NCBI GenBank assembly: GCA_965649765.1
Contig: OZ287749.1
Span: 18,352,001 to 18,416,000 of the forward strand
Reading direction: 5' to 3'
Length of the DNA stretch: 64,000 nt
Origin: Bispira polyomma
Taxonomy: Eukaryota
Position numbers and translations under genes: made by a program. The notes below the pieces were generated by a model that saw only the letters and a list, made by a program, of their open reading frames with translations, did no database searches and was not told the DNA's origin. Numbering within the stretch: position 1 is the first letter of the stretch; every line of letters starts with the position of its first letter. This document shows, piece after piece, positions 12,398-24,413 of this stretch.

Positions 12398-13269
12398 GAG
12401 AAATATTATCAATAAAAATTGCTTCGCATAAAAAGTGACATAAAAGGATAAGTCATCCAGGTATATGATACAACAGGTGCATGCAATGCATTAAGTAAGG
12501 TAGACCGATAGGTGACTTTTGAGGTGCTTTTTCAATTAAATCAAATCAATTTAAATCAATCCTCAGGCCATTTTCATCTGTAACAGTAATATTATTCACT
12601 GAAAAACGTTTTTATCTCTGCTGCAAAGTGAGATACCAAGTATAAATTTGATTTATGAATGAATAAACATTGCAACTGAACAAGTTTATGCTAAACGTTT
12701 GTCTTTTGTTTTAGCCAGGCTAGTTTTCTGTGTCTTGAGGTTTTTAGTTAGAAGGATTAGTTTCTGCCTCTAGTGTCCCACACATTATGTCTTTCTCTCA
12801 GATTTCTTTATAGTGCCTAGTATAGAAGTTTTGTTCTCATTTAGAGGTTCCACCATTGTGGCAGTGTATTATGTATCAACTAGTTTGGTTGAGGTCTTCT
12901 TAATTCAACCCAGTTAAAATTCACTTTTAAAACTCCCCTTTTGAATGTTCAAATATAAACTCCTAATTACCTCTGCCAGAAGGATAATGATTTGAAAAGT
13001 GTTTATTAGTTGGTTTGTCATAGGGATTACAAAAAATTACTGAATCAATTTGTAAGAAATTTTGTGGAAACTTGAAGATTGGGCCAAAGAAATATAGGCG
13101 GATTCAGGAATTGTTTTTCACTTTTTGTGACTGTAGCGTCTTGGTAAAAGTATGCACTCTTTCGAATTCTCTAAAGCCAAGGGTTTCAGTTAGAGCTCTA
13201 ATATATCTCTAAACTAAATAAAACATTCGTAACATTGGACTTCTATAAATATCCTCCCACCAGACAGTT

Positions 13270-13713
13270 ATTATAGTTGGACTCTAATAGTAACCTTCTA
13301 TTTTCTGTCTCCTAGGGAATTTAAGTCATTAATATAGTTTTTACGGTAGTTATACACCACTACTAACCCTCTATGTTCTGTCTTCCAGTGAGTTGATGAG
13401 GTTACTCTGGTCTTTATGGTAGTAATACACAGTACTACCCTCTATTTTCTAGTACTAAAGTCTGTAAAATATCTTTTTCTATAAATGTTTTCAAAAATAT
13501 TTCTATTTGCTATAATACTTCTTCATGAAACTGTACCTAAAATAAGAATCAATTGATGAAAATGTCCTTTATCATAAAATTCGCTGTGAACACACAAACT
13601 TTAACTGTCTGATATTTACCCTCTATTTTCTATCTCCAAGGGCGCTAATGTAGTTATTATAGTCTCTACGGTAGTTATACACAAGTACTAACCCTCTATT
13701 TTCTGTCTCCTAG
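13270..13713 (+). repeat. ~73-bp imperfect tandem repeats built on the TMTC exon acceptor
   Basis: Repeated (TACT)AACCCTCTATTTTCTGTCTCCTAG-like units. Confidence 0.8.
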
Positions 13714-13825
13714 GGGTCTGAGGTGGTCCGTCTGGGTTTGCTGTTTACCATCATACCCTTCCTTCCTGCTGCCAACCTCGTCTTGAGAGTGGGATTTGTC
13801 ATAGCAGAGAGGACACTATATACAA
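13714..13825 (+). pseudogene. TMTC1-like exon PFLPAANLVLRVGFVIAERTLY; 3' end and donor lost
   Basis: PFLPAxNL..VGFVxAER motif; expected PS|gt end replaced by unrelated sequence. Confidence 0.88.
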
Positions 13826-16802
13826 CATACAGCTATCTCCTGTTTTACTTGTATTATCGCCATGATAAATGCATGATTCTGACATGATGAGTTTTAGTCC
13901 TGGATGATGATTGGTTAGTAGTTATTGTTAAAAAACTGTATATCAATGCCATGGATGACTTATTAACAAAAATTTAAAATTTACTCCAATCGAGATTGTA
14001 CTAGGCCATATAAACACGGACAATAACTTCCTCCCAATTAATACCTTATTATTTACAACCAAACACTATATCTTCACATGTGCAACAAAAGCTATGCTGC
14101 CAAAGTTGATTGAATTACAAAGGAGACTTAAAGCAAACTATGAAGAACAATATTATTTGAGTATTGAAATGTATAGACAAAGTCAATTCAAACAAAATTG
14201 AGCAGTGTTTGCCAATTTATTTACGTTAATTACGGTATATTTTAAATTGATTACATGTTTCCCAGACATAAAATTTTTCTTACTTTTTGTCAAACAGTGA
14301 AACACTATTATTACATTTTATGTTTTGTTTTTTGTTAATGTTGTAAAATTGTGTTGCATGTTGTGTAAAATTGTGTTTTTCATGTTACAGTATTGATGAT
14401 TTATGTATGTTGTGTTCAACAATTCAATGATACATAACTTTATTTGAAAAATAACCAATTTGTCATGCTAGAATAGGAATGACCTACGACTAACCATGAT
14501 ACATACAGTGATGTCCAAATTAGAATGTCCCAGGCTCACACTTTTGTGGTCATAACCGTTATTATATTTATGTCATGGTTTGTCGCGGGTTATAACTATG
14601 TTGTTTAGGAACCACAGAGGTGATGTCAGATTGGTTAAAACTAACCTTGGCAGAAATGGTGAAATTTGGTGTAATAGTGATTTTTCGACGACAACATAAT
14701 GAGTTTTCGAAAAACAATTTTTTTGTTGTTTTTTTTTAAATGTTATAATTACCTTCCAGTAACTACCTACAGTTTTAAAAAAAATTTAATTTGTGGTCCT
14801 GTGCTGGCAAAGCTTGTGTGTTCCCGATCTATTTAACTTCATTTCTGAAAGGGCACGGCCATGTTGGAAATAATATGTAAGACTTTATGGATTGGTTCGA
14901 AGCAATCGACCTTGCCAAACTGAGGGGTGCCAGATTAATATTTCTCTCATTGCACACCTGTATTATTTTTAAAAAGACAACTCTTGTTAGTGGGCAGTTG
15001 GGGCATGGATTTATCCAAACGAATCTATTAAATTTTGGAGAAGTCTAGGTAGGAGAAAAATCTTTCTCACTTTTTGGCACTGCTGAGTTTAAATTTGGTG
15101 GAGGTATGTGTTCTACTTACTGTTCTTCTAGTTGGAAATAACTAATGCTGTCCCGTCAGCTATAGTTGTAATTGAACTTGACTCTATATATTACATATAG
15201 AGCCCATTTGAATCTATGGATATAAAATTCTAAATGATAGATGATGTGGTAAACAATAGTAAGTCATATTTATAGTAGTATATGTACTGTTAGTTTTCAG
15301 TCACAGGAAATAGGAATTGTTTGAGCCTTTAAGAGAGGGTTTTAAATAAATCATGTATATTTTTGTCCTAGTGAATAACCAATAAGGGTGACAGGTGCCT
15401 GGATATATAGCTGGGACAAAATTTCACTAATTTATATTTTTAAGAGAAGTTTACTGTAATTAATTTTTCACTGTTTGCTATTTATTAACAAATTTACATT
15501 TCTTGACAGAAGTTTACTGGAATTACCTTTTCACTGTTTGTTATTTATCAATTTAAGTTTTTCACCGGGAAATAATTTTCAACCTATTAGCTAAAATTAG
15601 TTCAAAGCAATGATTTCTGTTTTTACAGTATCCACAGCTGTGCTATAAGTTATACCCTCTCCAATTATTGACAAACTATTTTGACAATAACATCACAATA
15701 TATGCATAAATGTATTAGTAAAATAGATTCAGATTTTAAGCCCATTTTTTTCAGCAAAAGTATATTTAAAAAAATAAATAAACAACTCAAATGGAATCCT
15801 TAGCCAACGTCCCAGACTTTTAACAAATTTCACGAAAATAGGTTTAGTAATTTTTGATCATTTATGGTGACACACAAAGCGATCTACTCCTTAATAAAAC
15901 ACAGATCAGTCTCTGTATTAATAGTAGCTAAAATTGGACAGTTGTATGTGTTGAAAGTCCAAATGAAACACTGGAAATGTCTGATGAAATAAATTGGACA
16001 TGTCAGACCTTCTTAATATACATTTGTCATTTTGTGTAGATTAAATAGTTTACTTCACGGTGCTGTTGGTTCTGTATTTTAAAAAGTCTCTGGCTTAATG
16101 AGAAAAGGCATGACAATTCATGAATGTTTATTACATTTAAATACTAGATGAATGTTGTCACTTATAGATTGATGACACATTATCACCTTGTTCTAGATAT
16201 TTTTAACCAAAACTATAATACCAATAATAACAATAACATGACAATAATTCTTAATGAACATTCAAGCTAGAGTTAAAAATCTCTCACTAATTCTTGTTTG
16301 TTTCCACACCCTTCTACCAAATTTGATGTAAAATAATTCAGTAGTTCTGTGCACTGCTGATGAGAAACAAACCAATGAACAGCGTGAAACATATTTCATC
16401 CTTGGCAAAATGGTTGATTGTCTTTATACATCATGGTAACCTGAGTAATATGTCAATTTTCCTCAACACCAAATTTCATGTCTAATTATCACCAACTTTG
16501 CTGGACTGAAATTATTTTTATATATTAACCAGTAAAATCAACTGCTGAGAAACATATAAAACCTGGGTTTAAATGCCCAAGCTGTGACACCCAGGTACAG
16601 GCTGATGCATAGTGACTCAGATGACCACTTAAAAAGGCAGTCCTGTGTGACTGGGTCATATTCCCAGTGGTAAGCTAAAGAACTTTTTGGACATTGATAA
16701 ATGCTCATTTGTCAGCCTCATCCAAAAGTACACATTACAATAATACAGAGACTTATGTGACTTTTTCTTATTTATGGGGCTGATTATCCTAGTAATCCAC
16801 AG

Positions 16803-16931
16803 GATATGCCTTATTAGCCACATAGTTGGAAAAAAGCAACACCTGGCGGTGGTTGGACGACTTTTGCTGAGTCATTCATGTAGAACTATCAGTAGGAACA
16901 GAGACTGTGCTAGCAGGGAAAGGCTGGCAAG
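16803..16931 (+). CDS. TMTC1-like exon GYALL...RTISRNRDCASRERLAR
   Basis: cacag acceptor, AG|GTAAG donor, T..RN.(W).S.E.L motif preceding the TPRs. Confidence 0.8.
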
Positions 16932-18458
16932 GTAAGAAAAATATATCAGTGATGTGTAATCTCCCTTAAGTTACATACCGGGAGAGGAGGAAGGAGACTT
17001 TTCCATAAATTTGAAATTCTTTGAAATGTTAAACCTCCCCTGTGACATGTAAGGCTGTTAGATCAAAAAGGGATATACCAGATTTTGAGAACAAACGTCA
17101 AAATATTTAATATTTAACTTATTTTTGACCCTCAAACTAGTATATTATTAAAAGATAACTCCGTAATATATGTCTTCCTTGCTTCCTGCACATTTTAAAG
17201 TGAACATTGAAGTTAAAACGGCAATATCCCTCAATTTTGCCCATGTGAACATTATGGCTATTAATATTGGTATTATTGCAAATCAAGCTGCCATGCCCAA
17301 AGTATCCAAACCATCCATATACTGTAATGCTGTGGGATACATTATGTTCATTAACATCAGCACTTAACATTAAACACTTACAAGTAATAATCCATGGTAG
17401 TACCTCTACAAATAAGGTTATTTTTTAACCCAGTTCTGCGTTTGTTTATTTTATCACCAGGATTATCCATATGTTGTTAAAAATTTGTTGGGAGAATTAA
17501 GCATAGGTTAAGAAGAAAATGCAGGCAATTTTTTGAGATTGCAGGGCCAATTCCGAGATTTGCTTAATTTTTGGGGTGGATGGGGGGTGGGGGGTGGGTG
17601 GTCATATGTACTTTACTTAGTGGTCTTCTAGTTTTACAATAAATACACAGGAAAGATCATAATTTTATTAGATACATTTATAAATATGGCATGTATATGG
17701 TACTTTAGGTTGAAATATCGCTCCAGCAAAAAGGGACAAAGTATTCATTTCATGCCAAGATAAATCCTTCCATTTGTTTAAGATTCATAACTTATGATGA
17801 TATAAACAATTCTTGTGAAACCCAGTTAATGTCTGATTTCAAAACAAAAGTACCTCACAAACTTGGACTTATAATAATAATTAAAAAATGTTCACTCAAA
17901 ATGCCAAAATTTACAGGCCACATATCATCTATCCAGAAAATTTACACCAGAATCTCTTAGCTCATATTTCTCAGAAAATACAATTACTCCTTGTTCAAGT
18001 TCATTAAAATTTTGTAATCAAAGTGTGTAATCAAGACAAATGTTTAAATGCAGTTCATTAAAATTTTTTTTTTTCAAACTGTAGTAAAAGCAGCAATTAA
18101 CTCTTCAGTCAGGAGACAAAGTAGCAATGTTATTAACTCAGAGAAATATCAATCTTGGATTTTGGTTGCACTTAGATTGAAACATTAGACCTGATCTGTA
18201 TGCTTTTGCAAAAGGATTTTTTTTATTTACGAGAAGGAAAATATATTGTAAAATCCTGTAATCCTGTGAATTTATTGAATATATGTCATTTTGATAAAAA
18301 CTAAATATGATTTCTAATGAAGCTACCAGATATAAAATTTATACAAATGTCAATAAATTCTGTATTAACTTTGCATGTTGAAACTTATGAATCACTGTCA
18401 TTTTGGCAGTTTTGTGCAACATGAATGAAATTTACAACTAAAATTATAAAAAAAAGAG

Positions 18459-18670
18459 TTGTGTTGGCCTAGTGATTAGAAGTGCTTGCTTTATAATCAC
18501 TGGCTTATCACCAATGTGCGTTCAAATCCTGTCCATACCTTCATGTAAAAAATTTGTCCATTACTTGCAGTGGTCAATGGTTTACAAATGCATCACTACT
18601 AGTTTCCTCCACCATTAAATCTGGCTGTCATGATATGACCTAAGCTGTTGAAAGTGACATAAAACCCAGT
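18459..18670 (+). mobile_element. tRNA-derived SINE
   Basis: TGGCCTAGTGA A-box, GTTCAAATCC B-box, TTTCCTCCACC..GATATGACCTAAGCTGTTGAAAGTGAC..AAAACCC body. Confidence 0.8.
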
Positions 18671-19494
18671 TATGTTCATATTATAAATAAAGTGTGCCGT
18701 AGAAAGAGATATACATTCAGTTTGTGACATTAAATCCAATATTATATATACAAATATACTTGTCCAGTTTTAGGGTCCTATTACCAGGTACTAACATGTT
18801 CATTACAATATAGCATTACATCTAATGAGTAAACAGTAACTTGTTTAACATAGAGTTTCCTGTTGTATGAAATTGCAACCTGACTCTGAATGTTACTTAT
18901 AATCCAGTAGATCAAATAGTGTTTTTATCAAGTTTACAATAAAGTAACAAGAACTGACCTGTTTGTGTCCCTTAATTTTTAATTTGATTTTAAAAGAGAC
19001 ATTGGGCCTGAAAATGCATAAATTAGATTCGATTAGTATAGTTCAAAAACGTCTTTGTTGGCTATTTTGGAAATGGAAACTGAGTGCAAGAATTTAAGTG
19101 CAAAGAAAACACATTCACTAGCTCTGCAATATACTTATTGTGTTAAAGGTACTACAGTTACAACAGAAACAAAAACACACAATTTCCTTTTCTGACAATA
19201 TGAAATGATTTATTGCTCAGATTTTTATTTTATCTGTATCTTATCTGTGACCTTTATGTGTATGTAGAGTCTATACTTATAGCAACCAAGAACCCCCTCA
19301 AATAACAAAACTTTCGGTAAGTTGCTAGTAAGAAAAACAAAACAAGAACAACTGGCCACCAAAAGGTAGGTATTAAATTTAAGTAAGTTGAAACCACTAC
19401 TTTAAATTATGGAAGCTATCACAGATTGCTATAACAAAATGAGCTCCAACTCTTTTTGCAACTGCAGGATTTTATGATGTTGTTCATTTGACAG

Positions 19495-19561
19495 GTCGGG
19501 CGTTAAGACGTTCCCACATAATGCAAAGATGCAATTTAACTATGGCAATGTCCTTAGAGAC
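19495..19561 (+). pseudogene. TMTC1-like first TPR exon SGVKTFPHNAKMQFNYGNVLRD, truncated
   Basis: PHNAK..NY.N motif; followed by a 15-bp duplication and foreign sequence with a stop. Confidence 0.88.
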
Positions 19562-20835
19562 AATGTCCTTAGATGGCGGAATAATGGATGAGAGCCGATA
19601 GGCCAAGTACATTATGCCGGAAAGCCGTCCTTCAGTCTAATCACCAATAACGTACAAGCTTGAGGACTGTTTTTCTATATTTATTCTGTATTTTTGTCGT
19701 ATCACTTCCTTTTTGTATCTATACTGTATCATTTGGTGTTTGATGCGCACTTCTGGTCTTTATAATTATGCATAATACATTACATACTATTGTACACATT
19801 TAATTGAATTCCTTGCATAACCTTTAGAATTACGTTGTTACTTTCTAGGAAAGTTCTGAGAAGTGTCTTTTATTGCTTCTGATTTCCAACAGTTATATAA
19901 TTAAATATAAATTATAAATACAGACTATGTCATTTAAGGTTTACACACATAATGTTAGAGATACACTTTTGCCATGTTACAAAAACTTGGTCAAATGTTG
20001 TCATGGTGAAACTTATATCTCTTACAAACAAATTATGCATTCAGTTGTTTAGGAAACAACACAGTATTATAAATATGAAGACACTATGTGGGTAAAAATA
20101 CTTAATTACAGATATGGACAAATTATGTTTATCTCTTACTTGATAGAATTATTTGCAGGGAGTTGTTTTGCTGACAGACCCAAAGTGTTTATGTCTTATA
20201 AACAAATTTAACTGACTTACAAGCCCATGTGGGCTGGGCAACCATATTATGTAGTAATGTATTGTTATATAAAATAATTGTGCATGTCATTTTGACCTCG
20301 CCATACAGCTATGGTAAGTTAATCTTAATCACAGTTTAGTAGTTATATAAATATTGTCATTATCAACAATCCAATTTACCTAGCTTATTGTACTTACTGT
20401 ATGGTCTTAAAAAAGCACAATTGGACATCAATATATCAGTACTTTTATGAATAACAGACACAAAATACACTCATTATGCCACAGGCAACGCAGTAGAATT
20501 TGATATATTTTAATATAGATTTACTTGCTTATATAGGAGTTGGCTTTAGACAGCTCCAAAGTGATACTAAGCTCTGGTATATATTATAGTAAAGGTTGTA
20601 TATATAGACCACTTAAGGAAATGTTTGAAAACGGTCTCACCTAGGGGTCGCACTTTCCATAGATAACAATGAAAGACTTGGTCTCATATTTAGGTCAGCT
20701 GTTGCCATCCTTTTCAGTGACACTTTGAACAATTATATAAGGTATTTAAACAGTAATAACTTAAACAAAGCTTCTTTACAATATTTTGTATCAGCAGTCA
20801 CAAAAAGGACACACACTTTTTACATATGTTGACAG

Positions 20836-21047
20836 GTTAGAAAAAGAATTTGACAAAGCTGTAATCTTCTTAGACAAAACTTTGACCATTGATCCACAAT
20901 GGAAACAATGTCACCTTAAAAAGGCTGCGTTAATCTGTCATCTTGGGAACAGGACCCAGGCTATGTTTCATATCAACACTGCTCTGAAGATGAGTGAGGA
21001 TAGGAAAACTATTGCTGAGCAATATGTTTCCTGTGTAAATACACTTG
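20836..21047 (+). CDS. TMTC-like TPR exon
   Basis: gacag acceptor, G|GTAAT donor, TPR pattern FDKAVIFLDKTLTIDP. Confidence 0.75.
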
Positions 21048-21995
21048 GTAATTAATCTTTATGTATGTTGTGAGTCGTGAATATTCACAATGGGTAAAAA
21101 TACATGTTGTCTTTAAGTTTATTGGTGGGTTTATAATAAAAACTACTCAAAAGATTTTTACTCTAATTTTGTATATAAAAGAAACATAAGAAGACCACAT
21201 GTTTTAAATAACTCGGTAAGATATCTGGATTTGTATCGATTCACATTATGAGCTTTGTGTTTAATTTTTCTAAATGTTGGGCATATTTTGTCAAAGAATA
21301 TTTCATGTCAATATAAAGTTGCTAAAATATATAATTTATACTGTCTATTGTTTTAGAAAATTTAAAATATCCAAAGAAAATGTGAGATCTGCTGAATACA
21401 AAGCACCAATCAATGATAGTATACACCTACCATAGTGAGCATATAATAATGGCACAAACTGTATGCAGCATTTGGTCTGACCTAATAAACTGGTCTTGTG
21501 AGCTTAGTATGCCATATGGTTGTGTTGTGTTCTAAACAATAAAATATATATATTACAGTAAAAATGTCACATTATTTTTTTATATTTCATGCTAAACAAA
21601 TAATAATAAGAAGAAATTGAACTGTTTTTACTGAATTGCCAAAAAGAAAATAAACACATTCCATATTCAAAGTTTTAAGAAAGACAAATATATCCTCACA
21701 TGTATTATTCAATACTTGTGTTACTCAAATATTAAGAACACATACCATTGCTTAAAATTTCAAATGAAACTGAAGTCAACAACTCCATAGAGTGGGTATG
21801 AAAAATATATCAGTATTTAATTTGTGTAATAATTCTAATTTTATTTTCATCATCAATAATGGCTGTCCAATAAAGTTTCTTTGTTTGAATTTGCTTTAAA
21901 AATCCTATTCATTTTCAAGTTTTGGTACATGTATTCTATAAAATATAACAGCTCTTGGTAGATTTGCTTGTATCAGTGTTTTTATCTTCTTTTAG

Positions 21996-22100
21996 ACAGT
22001 TATGAAGCATAAAAACTTCCATCAAAAGATTTGTGAAAGTGCGCCAAGTGAAATCATAGACACTGCTACTCACCTTACAAAACATGGTCTGCAAAATAAG
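21996..22100 (+). CDS. Probable TMTC-like exon (phase mismatch with previous exon)
   Basis: ttcttttag acceptor, AAG|GTAAT donor, open in frame 0. Confidence 0.55.
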
Positions 22101-22376
22101 GTAATAGTACTATTTAAACCATGATGGTAGTTCTACAATTTAAATCATGCCCCAAGTACCTATACACATTTTACATATCCCATGCTCGCATGTAAGTTTT
22201 AATAACATAATATACATGATTGTAAGGTTAGATTTATGCCTACAATCTTAAATAAATAAAACATACATTGAGAAGTATTATATTGGTAAACAAGATCTTA
22301 TTATCAAAAATGTGACACAGTCCATTAAATATAATGCAATAGGTTTACTAACTCGTATTTATGTAATTTTTCAAAG

Positions 22377-22496
22377 GCCATCATTCTTCTGGAGCATGTT
22401 GTGAATGATGTGAAGGAATCATCAACCAAGGCTCAAGTTTACTTTGTGCTAGGAGAATGCTATAAAGACAATGGGAATCTCAATAATGTCATCTTT
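22377..22496 (+). CDS. TMTC-like TPR exon AQVYFVLGECYKDNGN
   Basis: Acceptor/donor, 120 nt open, TPR consensus. Confidence 0.78.
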
Positions 22497-22720
22497 GTAA
22501 TAAATACTAATATACTAGTATTTAAAAAAATGCTTATTCCCTTCATAAATTATTTGCACAGGTGTAAAAGATACTGCAAAAATGAAATAGTATGAGATAA
22601 TATAAATGTTTTTTTTGACTTTGTAGCTATATATGGTGTTCAATATTTCATATTTATACTGCTAAAAAAGATTAAATTGTTATTATAGTCAACTACAATT
22701 TATTTATGCATGCCTTTCAG

Positions 22721-22789
22721 AAGATGGTGTTGTCATCACAAAACCATGCTGCTGCTCACCACATTTTTGCTGTTGCATATCATGTACAA
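22721..22789 (+). CDS. TMTC-like TPR exon NHAAAHHIFAVAYHVQ
   Basis: ctttcag acceptor, GTAAGT donor, 69 nt open. Confidence 0.75.
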
Positions 22790-23401
22790 GTAAGTAAAAT
22801 TTTAAACCTTAACATCAATGACCATCAACATCAATAAGCTGCATAACAGCTAGATTGTTACTGATGGTTTGGTCAAACCCTTGTTCAAGGTAATAAGCTA
22901 AACATCAACTAAGGGTATAATATTGGGGACTGTGCATATCATATACAAGTAAGTGCATGTTTTCCTTCTAATGTAACGATTTTCATGAATAAGACTTTAG
23001 TTGACACCTCTTTTGATAACCATGTATTATGTAGCTGAAAACAAAATAAAAAATTTTTCTTCAGTCTCAAATAAATTTTATTTTTATTTAAAGTATAATT
23101 ATTTTGTGTAAGTATGTGTGAATTGGTGATATCATTTCTTGTGGGATTTAACTTAAATTGTATATGCGACAAAGATCGAAACTATTATGTTTTTATTCTG
23201 ATGCACTCACATTACGTAATTTTTAAAAACATGCAAAATTTTTTTTTTCAGTATCACATGAAATTTATTTGATAGGTAAATAATTTTTAAATATACACAT
23301 TCATCGCATGTGTGACCATGTAAATTATTGTAATGAAATACAAAATTATCTATATTAGACATGTGCAACATATTAACATATTACTATACTTTGTATTTTA
23401 G

Positions 23402-23515
23402 AAAAATGTTCAACAAGCACAAAATCATTACCATGCTGCCCTTCAGCTTGATCCTACCAATGGATTACTGCTGCAGAACTACAGGAAATTTAAAGAAGGG
23501 GTCAAGCATCAATAA
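23402..23515 (+). CDS. TMTC-like terminal exon AQNHYHAALQLDPTNGLLLQNYRKF*
   Basis: attttag acceptor, Y..AL.L.P...L..N..K TMTC C-terminus, TAA, AATAAA ~23609. Confidence 0.88.
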   Translation, partial: KNVQQAQNHYHAALQLDPTNGLLLQNYRKFKEGVKHQ

Positions 23516-24413
23516 GACACTTATTTGTTGACTCAAGATTTATTTTTTAAATTTTGTTGATACAAATTGCTCATGTTATTTAATTGTTATTATATAGAAA
23601 TGGCAAGAAATAAACAGCAGAATATACATTATATGGATTATTGTTATGTACCCTGCAATCTACCTGTAAAGTAACTGCATAATACGCACAGCAAAGTATT
23701 AATTTCATGCCAAAATAAATATTTTCAATTTGTTTAAGATTCATCACTTATGATGATGTTAACAAAGAACAAAGGTACCTCACAATCGTGAGCTTGAAAT
23801 TAAAAGAAAAAGTTCACTCAAGATGCAAAAATTACCAGGCCACATATCATCTACCAAGCAAAATAACACCAGAATCTCTCGGCTCATATTTGTGACAAAT
23901 GGAATTATTCTCTGTCCAAGTTTGGTAATCAAAGTGTGAAATCTAGACAAATGTTAAATGCAATTCATTAAGAATTGTAATTTTCTCAAAATGTAGTAAG
24001 AGTAGTGTTCAACTCTTCAGTCAGGAGACAAACTAGTAGGTTTATTAACCCAGATTAACATCATCCGTGGTTATTAGTTGCAAAAAAACATAAAAAATGT
24101 CAAAACTCTTTTGTTTGTAAAATTTGGTTGTGTTTGTGAGATGGATACATGTCAGGTCTTACACTGTAATCCTATTTTGAAATCGTCATCTAATTAAGTT
24201 TATCAGGACATTGACATTTTTGGAAAAGCATAAAATAGTGTTAGTTTAGCTGATTTACATTTAACCATCAAAGCATTTGAATTTATTACTATTTTCTTTT
24301 ATAAGAGTTTATTTGCATGAATCTTTATTGGTTTTAAGTACTTTGCAATTGCTGCGCTTAAGTTCTGGAATAGTCTTCCAGTTCAGCTTAGATCACTTAA
24401 ACACATTTTAAGT

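Larger units (their letters stand above)
4934..23515 (+). pseudogene. TMTC1: TMTC1-like protein O-mannosyltransferase gene, 5'-truncated and probably pseudogenised
   Basis: Ten collinear exons with TMTC motifs; stop, lost donor, truncated exon and phase break. Confidence 0.8.

Noticed and set aside
19570-19630. Hammerhead ribozyme (GATGA...GAAA)
   Set aside because: Core CUGAUGA is absent (UGGAUGA) and stem order does not fit
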